Source: an uncultured Smithella sp.
GTDB taxonomy: Bacteria > Desulfobacterota > Syntrophia > Syntrophales > Smithellaceae
Length of the DNA: 64,000 nt
Assembly (NCBI GenBank): GCA_964539765.1
Contig: CAZIJZ010000004.1
Coordinates: forward strand, 12,413 to 76,412
Direction of reading: 5' to 3'
Shown one piece after another: positions 38,681 through 48,689 of the stretch. Position numbers and translations under genes: made by a program. The notes under the pieces are model-generated. The model had not been told where the DNA came from. It saw nothing but the letters and a program-made list of their open reading frames with translations, and did no database searches. The number at the start of each line of letters is the position of its first letter. Within the stretch, counting starts at the first letter, position 1.

Positions 38681-39979
38681 ATGGGCTTGGACGTTTCTGT
38701 GGTTGAATACATTGGATATTTTTGCGCTTCTCTGGCAATTGCCAGCTCCATAATAGGATTACTGTCTGTTTTTATTTTCCGAGCCCATATTAGAAACTGG
38801 ACCAGGAAAAAGCCTGAAAAATATCCGGCGTTGACCGTTGTCGCTCCGCAACGGGGGAAAATCGATTCTAAAAATATCGACGCTGTCCTGGAACAGAATT
38901 ATCCCGGCCCGTGGGAAGTAATTTTTGTAACAACAAAAGATGATGCTTCCCTGCCACAACTGCAACAATATTTACAAAAATATAAAAAAGTAAGAATAGC
39001 CATAGCCGACGACGTCGTTCAACTGGCAGCGACAAAAGAGATTCATCGATGCCAGAAAAACCATAACTTATTAACAGCGATAGAAGCCGCCTCTCCGGAA
39101 ACAGAAGTTTATGTCATCGTCGATGCCGACGCCCGCCCCTTTAGCGACTGGTTGAAGAATCTTGTTGCCCCTCTTGCTGACGGCAATACCAAACTGGGCG
39201 CCGTTACTTCCGCAAGAATTTACCTTCCCGGAAAAGGGTTGGCCTCTCTGGTTCAAGTCTTGTGGATTCTGATCTCCGCCATGTTTCTTGTCGGAAAACA
39301 TAGCTACATATGGGGTGGCGGACTCGCCATACCGAAAGCGGTTTTTGAAAAAGCACACCTTGGACGGAGCATAGACGGGCAGGGAGGATGCTCCATAACC
39401 ACCGATGACATGAATATATTAAACGCCTTGCGAGAACAGGGGTACGAAACTCTTTTTGTGCCTGACTGCATTGTGCTCAGGCATCCTCCGGGAAAAAAGG
39501 AAAATCTGGCAAATGTCATAACGTTTACCAACCGTCAGGTATTGCAAACCTGGTGGACAACCAAAGCCATATGGATTTTCCTCTCCAATATCGGCATCAG
39601 ATTGCCGATGCTCTTGTGCGCTCTGGTTATCGCCTGGTGGTATCCCTGGTGTTTGCTGGCCTTATTATCCATAGCGATTGACGTCATCATGGGGATAACG
39701 GCTTTAAAAACCATCATCGATGCGGAACCAAGGTTGAGCGCCAAATTGATTTTCTGGGTGTTGAACTCGAATGGAAATCACTCAAGCTGCTTGCCGGAAC
39801 CGCCAATAATGATCCATGTGAATTTCTGGGTTATTTTACTTCCCATTGTTACTCCGCTGGTCGTAACAATCAACTCCATTGTTGTACCGTTCTTTAGAAA
39901 AATGCAATGGAGCGGTATCGAATATACCAGAAGAAAAGTGGTCGGATACACCGGTAATTTCTCCTGGCGGGCAAAATAA
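38681..39979 (+). CDS. Membrane-integrated glycosyltransferase family 2 (GT21/ceramide-glucosyltransferase-like layout)
   Basis: 432 aa. N-terminal TM helix, then the GT-A domain LTVVAPQRG...VIFVTT...VIVDADARP, then C-terminal TM helices. Confidence 0.7.
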   Translation: MGLDVSVVEYIGYFCASLAIASSIIGLLSVFIFRAHIRNWTRKKPEKYPALTVVAPQRGKIDSKNIDAVLEQNYPGPWEVIFVTTKDDASLPQLQQYLQKYKKVRIAIADDVVQLAATKEIHRCQKNHNLLTAIEAASPETEVYVIVDADARPFSDWLKNLVAPLADGNTKLGAVTSARIYLPGKGLASLVQVLWILISAMFLVGKHSYIWGGGLAIPKAVFEKAHLGRSIDGQGGCSITTDDMNILNALREQGYETLFVPDCIVLRHPPGKKENLANVITFTNRQVLQTWWTTKAIWIFLSNIGIRLPMLLCALVIAWWYPWCLLALLSIAIDVIMGITALKTIIDAEPRLSAKLIFWVLNSNGNHSSCLPEPPIMIHVNFWVILLPIVTPLVVTINSIVVPFFRKMQWSGIEYTRRKVVGYTGNFSWRAK

Positions 39980-40198
39980 TCTGACTTGTTCCCATCTATA
40001 ATCTTGATACGACCGGCAGGCTGCTTTTATTTTCTTCCTTTCCGCTTTCTCATCATCAAAATATTTTGGCGATCTCCCTTCGTTAAAATCAGACAGGACT
40101 TCCGTGGAAGAACGGCCATCAAAGATATTTATTTTTCATTTGAATTATGGTTATATAAAAAGCAATTCTACACGAACGAATGTCAAGATGGTGAGAAA

Positions 40199-41716
40199 AT
40201 GAATCTGGAAAAAATGTCCAAGAAAAACCTGATAGAAATGGTGGACAATCTCCAGAACCAACTGGCCCATGCCGATGCTTCTTCCCTGTCCGGCACATCG
40301 GGAGAAGATCTCTACAAGTTTCTCGCACAAAGCTCTCAGGTCGGTTTCTATATTATGCAGAACGGCCGTTTTAAATTCATCAATTCTCATTTCCGCGACT
40401 ACACCGGTTACCCCGAAGAAGAAATGTTCAAGATGAATCCGACATCCTTTATTCTACCGGAAGACCGCCGTAAAACGGCAAGAAACGCCGTCATGATGCT
40501 CAAAGAACAGCGCTTTTCTCCTTACGAATTCCGCATCGTCACCAGAGACGGCCGGATCAAGTGGATTATGGAAACGGTCATGTCCATTAAATTCAAGGGA
40601 AGACGAGCCATCCTGGGAAATTCTATGGATGTCACCGAACGGAAAGAAGCCAGCCGTCGGCTGGAGGAACTGGAAGCGCTGGAATCATCCATTCTTGATG
40701 CAATTCCTCAGGCGGTAGTCGGGTTACACGAACGACGGATTAATTTCGCCAATCACGCGGTGAAAGTCATTTTCGGCTGGCACCGGGAGGAACTCATCGG
40801 CAAAAGCATCCGGATGATTTACCGCAATGAGGAAGAAGCCGACAAAATCGGCGAAATATTTTATTCATCACTGGAAAAACAACGGACATATGAAACCGAA
40901 TTCCCCTGCCGGTGCAAGGACGGGCGGGAAATTGTCTGCCGCATGAAAGCCTCGCGGATCGGTGAAAAATTGCGCGAAAAACGCATCGTGGTGACTTTCG
41001 AAGACATTACGGCGCAAAAGAAAGCGCAGGAGGAACTCGAGCGCTCGCAGCAGGACCTGAGAAACCTTTCCGCGCATCTTCAGTCGGTCAGGGAAGAAGA
41101 GAGTACGCGCGTGGCTCGCAAAATTCATGATGAGCTGGGTCAGTCACTGACCGCTTTGCAGATGGATTTGTCATGGCTGGAAAACCGTCTGCCGAACAAC
41201 AGTAAAAATATCCGGGAAAAGACCAAAAGCATGTCGGAACTCGTTGATGCGACGATTGAAAGCGTGCACAAAATCACGATGGAGTTGCGTCCCAGTCTGC
41301 TTGATGATCTGGGACTCCCGGCAGCCATTGAATGGCAGGCCGGTGATTTTCAGAAACGTTCCGGTATTCGCTGTCAGGCCAATATCAACTGCAATGTGGA
41401 CATCATCGGCAAGAATCTCGCCACGTCCATTTTTCGCATTTTCCAGGAAACGCTGACCAACATTGCCCGTCATTCCAAAGCCACGCAATGTAAAGTCACC
41501 CTCATGGAAAAAGGCAAAGAGCTGTGTCTGGAAGTCACGGACAACGGCATCGGCATCACGCAATGGCAGATAGAAGATCCGCAATCTTTCGGCATGATCG
41601 GCATGCGGGAAAGAGCGCATCTCTGGGGAGGCACCGTCCATATCCGCAATGTCAAACCTTCCGGAACAATGGTCAGGGTTATCATCCCGATCGACAAAGG
41701 AGAAAAACCGTCATGA
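40199..41716 (+). CDS. PAS-domain sensor histidine kinase (HisKA_3 / NarX-DegS type)
   Basis: Two PAS-like segments. H-box KIHDELGQSLTAL. ATPase boxes QETLTNIARHS, DNGIGI and FGMIGMRERA. I prefer ATG 40199 over the track start 39986. Confidence 0.85.
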   Translation: MNLEKMSKKNLIEMVDNLQNQLAHADASSLSGTSGEDLYKFLAQSSQVGFYIMQNGRFKFINSHFRDYTGYPEEEMFKMNPTSFILPEDRRKTARNAVMMLKEQRFSPYEFRIVTRDGRIKWIMETVMSIKFKGRRAILGNSMDVTERKEASRRLEELEALESSILDAIPQAVVGLHERRINFANHAVKVIFGWHREELIGKSIRMIYRNEEEADKIGEIFYSSLEKQRTYETEFPCRCKDGREIVCRMKASRIGEKLREKRIVVTFEDITAQKKAQEELERSQQDLRNLSAHLQSVREEESTRVARKIHDELGQSLTALQMDLSWLENRLPNNSKNIREKTKSMSELVDATIESVHKITMELRPSLLDDLGLPAAIEWQAGDFQKRSGIRCQANINCNVDIIGKNLATSIFRIFQETLTNIARHSKATQCKVTLMEKGKELCLEVTDNGIGITQWQIEDPQSFGMIGMRERAHLWGGTVHIRNVKPSGTMVRVIIPIDKGEKPS

Positions 41717-42345
41717 TACGCATTCTGGTTGCAGATGATCACGCCGTCGTGCGTCAGGGAGTCAAACAGATCCTGGCGGACGTCCAGGATATGACCGTCA
41801 AGGATGAAGCGCAAAACGGATCTGAAACATTAAAGAAAGTCACTGAAAATGAATATGATGTTGTCCTGCTGGATATTTCCATGCCGGGTCGCAGCGGCCT
41901 GGAAATACTGGAGGACATTAAAACCCAGCATCCGAAACTGGCGGTATTGATTTTAAGCATGCATCCGGAAGAACAGTACGCTGTTCGCGCGCTGCGCGCC
42001 GGAGCTTCGGGCTATCTCACCAAAGCCAGCGCTCCTCAGGAATTGATCGGCGCCATTCGCAAGGTGGCGGGAGGCGGTAAATACGTCACGTCATCGCTGG
42101 CTGAAAAACTGGCCGACGAGTTGGAAATCGATATGGAGAAATTGCCCCATGAGCGTCTGTCCAACCGCGAACACCAGGTGATGCTGATGCTTGCGGAAGG
42201 CAAGTCTGTTTCCGACATTGCCGATGAACTGTGTTTGAGCGTTAAAACCATCAGCACCTACCGCACACGCGTCATGTCAAAAATGGGCATGAAGAAAAAT
42301 GCCGAGCTGACGCTTTATGCCGTTCATAATAAATTAATCAATTAG
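41713..42345 (+). CDS. NarL/FixJ-family response regulator (REC + LuxR HTH)
   Basis: MIRILVADDHAVVRQG...VLLDISMPG...; LSNREHQVMLMLAEGKSVSDIADELCLSVKTISTYR. ATG 41713 overlaps the kinase stop (ATGA). Confidence 0.9.
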   Translation: MIRILVADDHAVVRQGVKQILADVQDMTVKDEAQNGSETLKKVTENEYDVVLLDISMPGRSGLEILEDIKTQHPKLAVLILSMHPEEQYAVRALRAGASGYLTKASAPQELIGAIRKVAGGGKYVTSSLAEKLADELEIDMEKLPHERLSNREHQVMLMLAEGKSVSDIADELCLSVKTISTYRTRVMSKMGMKKNAELTLYAVHNKLIN

Positions 42346-42385
42346 TTTCCCCTCTCCCGGACCCGGAAAAGATTGAGCAATAATT

Positions 42386-42402
42386 TATTTGTCAGACAAA
42401 TA
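42386..42402. promoter_or_regulatory. Perfect 8-1-8 palindrome TATTTGTC-A-GACAAATA (candidate operator); related half-site CTGACAAACAAATAA at 42426-42440
   Basis: Read directly from the intergenic region between the NarL-type regulator and the Pat-like gene. Confidence 0.4.
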
Positions 42403-42554
42403 CCGTCATCCTGTTTGGTGGTGTTCTGACAAACAAATAAGTCTCGCGCCGATGTTATCTTTTCAAACACCGTGTTAATCCGTTAGCATGTTCAGAATCG
42501 GCATGATTGTAATGCAGCATCATAAAAAGGGGATAAGTTTATGCAGGAGGGAGC

Positions 42555-45239
42555 ATGAATCAGGCATTTTCAACACCACGAAATTCGAAACCGGCAAACA
42601 GTCATTCATTCGGAGATTTATCTTCAACGAAGGATAAACTTCTCAAGGATGAACTGGCGGAAATCATTCATCAGGCCGTGCGGGATAACCGCAGTTACCT
42701 GATGGAACATGAAACCAAGGAAATTTTGGAAGGCGTCGGAATCCCGACCACCGGCTTTCTGGTGGCGAGATCAGAGGATGAAGTGCTGACTATGAGCGAA
42801 AAAACAGGATACCCTGTTGTGTTGAAAATCGTTTCACCCGACGTTATTCACAAAACAGATGCGGGCGGCGTGAAATTGAATTTGCATTCCGCCGAAGAAG
42901 TCCGCCAGGCTTATCAGGAAATTCTCGAAACATTTAAATACCAGCATATCGAAGGAGTCACGGTCCAGAAAATGGCCAGGCCGGGCATCGAAGCCATCAT
43001 CGGCGTAACGCGCGATCCCAGTTTCGGCCCGTTGATCATGTTCGGTCTGGGCGGTGTTTTTGTGGAAGTGTTACGTGATGTGTCCTTCCGTGTTCTGCCG
43101 ATCACGGAAAAGGACGCCTCCGAAATGATCGCGGAAATCCGGGGCGCCGCCATTCTGGAAGGGTACCGCGGCCAGGCCGTCGATCTCGAATCCCTCGGCA
43201 AACTGCTTTTGAAAATATCTCAGCTGGTCGTTGAAAATCAGGAAATCAGCGAACTGGATCTCAATCCGCTTTTCTTGTATCCGGATGGTTATCTCACGGT
43301 TGACGCCCGGATGTTTGTCAAAGAACCTTTACCGGGAGAAAATATCACGGCGACAGGCCGGGAGAGTCTGCGGGATTTCTTTTATCCGAAAAGCATCGCC
43401 GTCATCGGCGCGTCGGACGTCAGGGGGAAACTCGGTTACAATGTGTTCTGGAATCTGATTAATCATGATTTCCCCGGCCGATTGTATCCGATTAATCCGA
43501 AAAAAGAGTCCATCAAGGGCATTAAATCTTATAAGTCAATCCTGGACGTTCCCGATCCGGTAGATATGGCCATTGTTATTGTTCCGGCCAAAGCGGTGGA
43601 GGAGGCCATTTCCGAATGCTGCGCCAAGGGCGTAAAGTATGTGGTGGTAGAAGCCGCCGGGTTCGCTGAAACCGGTGAAGAAGGAAAACAGGCGCAGGAA
43701 AGAATCGAGAAAATCATCCGTGCCCATAGCTGCCGGGTTCTGGGGCCCAATTGTTCCGGCGTCATCAACACGCATCATAACATGGTGCAGTCCATCGGCT
43801 TGCTTTCCGATTTGCGCAAAGGAAATGTCGGCATGGTTGCCCAGGCCGGAGTTTACGCCGCGGGAATTCTAACCGGATTGAGCAATGTTCTTGATTTCGG
43901 TATTGTTGCCACCATCGGCAACAAGATGGATATCAATGAAACGGATATTCTGGAATACTTAAGCGACGATGATCATATTTCCGTCATCGTCATGTACATG
44001 GAAGATATCCGCAGCGGCAAACGTTTTGTGGACGTTGCCGGACGCGCCGCCGTGCGTAAACCGGTGATTATTTTAAAATCAGGAAGGACGGAGGCCGGCA
44101 AAAAGGCCGTTTCATCCCATACCGCGTCGCTGGCCGGAAACGATGTCATCAACAGCGCGGCATTCAAGCAGAGCGGCATTATTCGTGCCCGGGACAATGA
44201 ACATTTATTCGCGCTGACCCGTGCTTTTTCCAAACAACCCGTTCCAAAAGGGAACGGGGTTCTGGTCGTCACCTACACCGGCTCACTCGGCGTTGCCGCA
44301 ACGGATATGCTTTATCTCTCCGATATGCGCCTCTCCACACTGGAACCTTATTTTCAAAAACGTCTGAAAAATGCTCTGCCCGACTATGCCAGCATCGGCA
44401 ATCCCATCGATTGCTCTTTTTCCATGACACCCAAACAGGTGAAAGATTTGATTGAAATAGGCGTGGAAAGCAACGATGTTCATAGTTTCATCGTCATTAT
44501 TCAGGGTGAAATGCTAAATGCGTTTGTGGATGTCATGAAAAATATCGACTACAAGGATAAACCGGTCGTTTGCTGCGTCGCCTGCAAGGAGTTCATGATT
44601 GATGACGTCGTGAAAATGGAGCAGGCAGGGATTCCCGTTTATTCCACGGCAGAAACAGCGGCGGAGGTATTGAGCCAGATGTATCACTACGGGGTCAGAC
44701 GTCAGAGCGCCATTGCCGATTCCATCGCCCGCCATATTACCAGGAATTCGCTTTCCGTCGATGACCGACCGGTACGTTTGCGTCTTATCAATCCGAAAGA
44801 CATCGGCCTGTGGACAGACTTCGTTAACAATTGTTCGGAAAAATCTCTATGGCTCCGGTTTCTGTCTCCTTTTTCCGCGACCCCGGAAAGAGCTCAGCGT
44901 TTCTGCAACGTGAATCCGGAAGAGGAAATCGCTGTTGTCGCCGAAATGAAGGACGGAGACAAGTATAAATTCCTCGGCATTGCGCGTTTAATCAAAAATA
45001 AGCGATGTGAGGGCGAAGCGGAATACGCCATTATTGTTTCAGACCTCTGGCAGAACAAGTCACTGGGTCATACCCTCTCTGAGCAATGTATCGAACTGGC
45101 CAGGAAAGAAGGGTACAAAACCATTCGTGCGGAAACGCTTCAGGAGAATTACGCCATGTTAAGAATTTTCCGCAATTGCGATTTTGTGCTCGATTCCAAA
45201 GATGAAAACATGGTCTCCCTGTCACTGAAACTACTGTAG
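42555..45239 (+). CDS. Acetyl-CoA synthetase (ADP-forming)-like / GNAT fusion: Pat-type protein lysine acetyltransferase
   Basis: 894 aa. ATP-grasp segment (YPVVLKIVSPDVIHKTDAGGVKLNL), CoA-binding/ligase segment (KSIAVIGASDVRGKLGYNV...) and a C-terminal GNAT (AIIVSDLWQNKSLGHTLSEQCIELARKEGYKTIRAETL). Confidence 0.8.
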   Translation: MNQAFSTPRNSKPANSHSFGDLSSTKDKLLKDELAEIIHQAVRDNRSYLMEHETKEILEGVGIPTTGFLVARSEDEVLTMSEKTGYPVVLKIVSPDVIHKTDAGGVKLNLHSAEEVRQAYQEILETFKYQHIEGVTVQKMARPGIEAIIGVTRDPSFGPLIMFGLGGVFVEVLRDVSFRVLPITEKDASEMIAEIRGAAILEGYRGQAVDLESLGKLLLKISQLVVENQEISELDLNPLFLYPDGYLTVDARMFVKEPLPGENITATGRESLRDFFYPKSIAVIGASDVRGKLGYNVFWNLINHDFPGRLYPINPKKESIKGIKSYKSILDVPDPVDMAIVIVPAKAVEEAISECCAKGVKYVVVEAAGFAETGEEGKQAQERIEKIIRAHSCRVLGPNCSGVINTHHNMVQSIGLLSDLRKGNVGMVAQAGVYAAGILTGLSNVLDFGIVATIGNKMDINETDILEYLSDDDHISVIVMYMEDIRSGKRFVDVAGRAAVRKPVIILKSGRTEAGKKAVSSHTASLAGNDVINSAAFKQSGIIRARDNEHLFALTRAFSKQPVPKGNGVLVVTYTGSLGVAATDMLYLSDMRLSTLEPYFQKRLKNALPDYASIGNPIDCSFSMTPKQVKDLIEIGVESNDVHSFIVIIQGEMLNAFVDVMKNIDYKDKPVVCCVACKEFMIDDVVKMEQAGIPVYSTAETAAEVLSQMYHYGVRRQSAIADSIARHITRNSLSVDDRPVRLRLINPKDIGLWTDFVNNCSEKSLWLRFLSPFSATPERAQRFCNVNPEEEIAVVAEMKDGDKYKFLGIARLIKNKRCEGEAEYAIIVSDLWQNKSLGHTLSEQCIELARKEGYKTIRAETLQENYAMLRIFRNCDFVLDSKDENMVSLSLKLL

Positions 45240-45270
45240 GTCATACTGAAATTTCATGCCCGTTTCAAAA

Positions 45271-45300
45271 GAAGGAGAACGGTAATCACCGTTCCCCTTC
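45271..45300 (+). terminator. Terminator-like hairpin after the Pat-like gene
   Basis: GAAGGAGAACGGT-AATC-ACCGTTCCCCTTC, a 13-bp stem with one mismatch, 32 nt after the stop. Confidence 0.45.
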
Positions 45301-45776
45301 TGAGACGAGATTTGAACCAGCATAGCATGTCAATACAAGCATAGGTAAGCATTGACAAAAAAATGTTCCCTGCGTTGATAGCCAGCCATCGCAATCCAAA
45401 CAAATCATGCACATCCCCTTAATTTACATGCAAGCTATTAATATTATTATAATATTATATATAGCATGCGTTTTAAGCATTCTGCTAAAAAACACTGTCT
45501 TTCTATGGTTTAGCTAACTTATCAACAGGCATATCAACAATCATTTCCACAAAACTGTTGATTGAAGATTATAACTTTCAATTTCTTAATTTCGCAATTC
45601 TATAAACCTTACATCAATCATAATCATTCTCACCGTTTCTCAACGGAAAGCGATCATCGCTTGACACACCAAATCAAATATTCTATACGCTCTTCCACAA
45701 AAGGGATGGGGGCGTTCATTGAAAACATAGCAAGGACACAATGCCCTGATCACAATATACAGGAATATGAAGAAAA

Positions 45777-46472
45777 ATGTTTCGTCGAACGCCTGCAGTT
45801 TTTCTGATACCGCTAACCGCACTTTTTATTATTGTTTTTTCATATAATCCGGGTTACTCAACAGGAAAACATCTTCATGCGGCGGATTATGCTTCCCCGG
45901 AGAACAACTCGCAAGAACAACCTGACCCGGCAAATTCCGTTCTCTCTGACAATAAGCCAAAAAAGCCGTACTCTCTTAACATCTACGGGGGAGAAATATC
46001 TAAAAATCATGCGGACGATTTTGTCCTCCACACGAACAGGCTTAGACTGACCGACTCACGCCTGCTGGCCGTTACACTGGCAAGACGGCTCGGCACCTAT
46101 AAAAACAGGGCCAGTCTGGAAATAGAAGGCCAGGTTGTTAAGCATTTCTATGACATTCAGGACCATTGGGAAATAAACGCCATATTAACCGCCCGCTGGG
46201 ACGCATTTTTCTGGGACAAGTATTTGGACACAAGCGTAGCTTTCGGCCTCGGCCCTTCTTACGCAACGGAAAAACCGGAAATCGAAGCTATTCTGGACCG
46301 AGAGACATCCCAATGGTTAGCTTACTGGATGATAGAACTGGAAATGGGTCTTCCGGCCTATCCCGGCGTGTCATTCATTACGCGCCTTCATCACCGCTCA
46401 GATGCTTTTCGCATCGTCGCACCGGGCGGTGCTTCCACGGCCCCTGTTATCGGCCTGAAAATCCGGTTCTGA
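45777..46472 (+). CDS. Outer-membrane acyloxyacyl hydrolase / lipid A 3-O-deacylase (PagL)-like protein
   Basis: Signal-like N-terminus and beta-strand periodicity. ...FGLGPSYAT...ITRLHHRSDAF contains the H-x-S dyad pattern of PagL-family enzymes. Terminal F. The family call is tentative. Confidence 0.5.
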   Translation: MFRRTPAVFLIPLTALFIIVFSYNPGYSTGKHLHAADYASPENNSQEQPDPANSVLSDNKPKKPYSLNIYGGEISKNHADDFVLHTNRLRLTDSRLLAVTLARRLGTYKNRASLEIEGQVVKHFYDIQDHWEINAILTARWDAFFWDKYLDTSVAFGLGPSYATEKPEIEAILDRETSQWLAYWMIELEMGLPAYPGVSFITRLHHRSDAFRIVAPGGASTAPVIGLKIRF

Positions 46473-46804
46473 CAGACCGCTGGCACAAACACCATAAATC
46501 GCTATTTTATAATAGTTTTAATTATTTTTTCATTCCTGTAAAAAATCTTACACCTGTAGATTTCAACGCAGCGGAATGAAAAAGGCCGGCAATGAACAGT
46601 TCGTGAAGCAAGACACGCGATTGTAAATATTATATTGACTATTGCATTTCTTTTCGCTATCGTACACGCCAATCACCCAGAACAATTTATAGAAACTTAA
46701 AGAGTCCAGGCATACTGTATGTTGCGTTATTCAGAACTTTAATCGTTGACAGCAACGAAAGGGTTTGCGTTAAAAGATTTTAACAAGACCAAGGGGAGGG
46801 GCAG

Positions 46805-48349
46805 ATGAAAGACGTGATGAGGTGTATGAGTATGAGTTTTTGGAGTAAATTAACTTTTTACAAAAATCTGTTGATCATGATGATTGCAACGATGCTGATT
46901 TTTACAGCATCGGGATTGAGTCAGGCCTCAGGCGTGCCGTTGAACTCCAGCGGTATCTACAGCACGACGGCCGATGATGGCAGCAAAATCTTTTTATATC
47001 GATACGCGCCATACACAACCGGAACTCCACAGTTCCGAACCAGCGGGACGCCGGTGGTTGTTTTCACGGGTATCTGCATGAACATGAACCAATACCTTTC
47101 CGTCACACCCTCCGATATGAAGGATGCGTACAGCGGTGTTTACGTTCCTGATGTCTCCGGCGCTCCGGACTGGGCATTAAATGCAGACGGGACAGACTAC
47201 GAAGCATACATCAAGGCCGACAAGATGCGTTATTACAGTCTGGCGCATTACCTCTGGCTTCAGGGTTTTGATCCATGGTTTGTAAATTACCGCGATACAG
47301 GCCGTGGCGATGTAAAAAGCACGGGAACCAACCCCAGAAGTATGAATACACTGGACACCTGGGCGACGCTTGATGCTCCGGCAGCGATTGCCAAAGTAAA
47401 ATCGGTTACGGGAAAAAGAATGTTCATTGGCGGCCACAGCACAGGAGGTTTGGTTGCGTATAATTACCTGCAGGGCGCCTATATGGAATATGGCATTTCC
47501 AGTGCGTCCTGGGCAAAGAAAGCCTACTATCAGTTATGCTATAAACTGGGATATCAGCCGCATGTCAGAGCCAGTGCTACACTTGCCCAGGCCAGAAACG
47601 CTGATGTCAAGGGCTTTATCGGCCTTGATCCTGCCGGTGTGCCGGCATTGCCGAATCTTCTGGACACACCTCTTTTTTGGACAATCGTCGGCTCCAAGTT
47701 ATTTCTGCCGCTGGATTACATTTCCGATAATTTAATCTCGTTGTTCCCGGAAAAACCGCTCGTCAGCATGCTGGAAGGCGTCTTTGGACTGCTGAACAAG
47801 GCGGCTGCGGGAGATTCCGCGGTGAGCGACTTTTTTGACTATCTGAACTTCTGGGTGGTCGAGGATATGGATCCTTGCCTGGAGGACTGGACGGTCCGCT
47901 ATAGTATCGGCGGCGCTGCAATTCGCGGTTTCGGTCATTATATGGATATGGGTTTGCACAACACCCTTCGTGAACACTATGCCAACGGAAAAGAAAACTA
48001 TCTGAAGTATTTGATCAAGGGAGCTCCGACACCCAATCCCGGCAACGACGGGTATTACTACTTCAGCGAGAACATGTCGCGCATGACCGTCCCGCTGATT
48101 GTTTTCTCGTCGAGTGCGGGATCACTAGTGGATCCGGAGGGGACTTACGACTTCATCATATCGAAAAAGTCTCCCACGGCTTACGACGAATGGTATGTTC
48201 TCAGCGGCACCGGTCATTTCGATTTGGCGATGGGCAAAAGAATGCCGACCACGGTTTTCCCGCAGTTAGGCGATTGGCTCAAAGGGGTTGATGCTCTTCC
48301 GGGCAATCCGCCAAACATCACCACGCCGGCTTCACGGATTGACGAATAG
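46805..48349 (+). CDS. Secreted alpha/beta-hydrolase (lipase/esterase-like)
   Basis: 514 aa. Signal peptide ...ASGLSQA. Nucleophile elbow GGHSTGG. GGGGAGGGG RBS. Confidence 0.7.
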   Translation: MKDVMRCMSMSFWSKLTFYKNLLIMMIATMLIFTASGLSQASGVPLNSSGIYSTTADDGSKIFLYRYAPYTTGTPQFRTSGTPVVVFTGICMNMNQYLSVTPSDMKDAYSGVYVPDVSGAPDWALNADGTDYEAYIKADKMRYYSLAHYLWLQGFDPWFVNYRDTGRGDVKSTGTNPRSMNTLDTWATLDAPAAIAKVKSVTGKRMFIGGHSTGGLVAYNYLQGAYMEYGISSASWAKKAYYQLCYKLGYQPHVRASATLAQARNADVKGFIGLDPAGVPALPNLLDTPLFWTIVGSKLFLPLDYISDNLISLFPEKPLVSMLEGVFGLLNKAAAGDSAVSDFFDYLNFWVVEDMDPCLEDWTVRYSIGGAAIRGFGHYMDMGLHNTLREHYANGKENYLKYLIKGAPTPNPGNDGYYYFSENMSRMTVPLIVFSSSAGSLVDPEGTYDFIISKKSPTAYDEWYVLSGTGHFDLAMGKRMPTTVFPQLGDWLKGVDALPGNPPNITTPASRIDE

Positions 48350-48596
48350 CGCTCGTTAAAGCGATATAATGCGTTTTGCGGAGGTGCCCCATACCCACGG
48401 GGCACCTCCGCAAAATATAAAAGAACCCTTTCTCACAGCAATACCTTTCGACTCACATTGTTAAAAATATTTCGAGGATTAATGGCATCTTCGAAAATAT
48501 AACTCATCAACCACCCGGTGGAATAACAAAGCAGCCCATCGCTCTTTCCCTGAGATAATCGCCTTTATGATATTAAGACCTGTTATTGCAAAAAGA

Positions 48597-48633
48597 GAAA
48601 TGCCGTTTCCTTTTTGAAGGGAAACGGCATTTT
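48597..48633 (-). terminator. Intrinsic terminator of acs (second of two)
   Basis: 14-bp stem GAAATGCCGTTTCC / GGAAACGGCATTTC. On the minus-strand RNA it is followed by UCUUUUUGC. Confidence 0.7.
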
Positions 48634-48644
48634 CAGGAAGGAAA

Positions 48645-48683
48645 TTCTACGCGAAGAAAAAGCCCTGCCTTCTTCGCGTAGAA
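48645..48683 (-). terminator. Hairpin immediately after the acs stop (first of two)
   Basis: 14-bp stem TTCTACGCGAAGAA / TTCTTCGCGTAGAA. On the minus-strand RNA it is followed by UUUCCUUCC. Confidence 0.6.
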
Positions 48684-48689
48684 AAAATG

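Noticed and set aside
39986-40198. N-terminal extension of the histidine kinase ORF; likewise 41524-41712 for the response regulator
   Set aside because: The extensions start at non-ATG or unsupported codons and encode low-complexity or basic junk. The regulator extension lies inside the kinase gene in another frame. Internal ATGs 40199 and 41713 give canonical N-termini.
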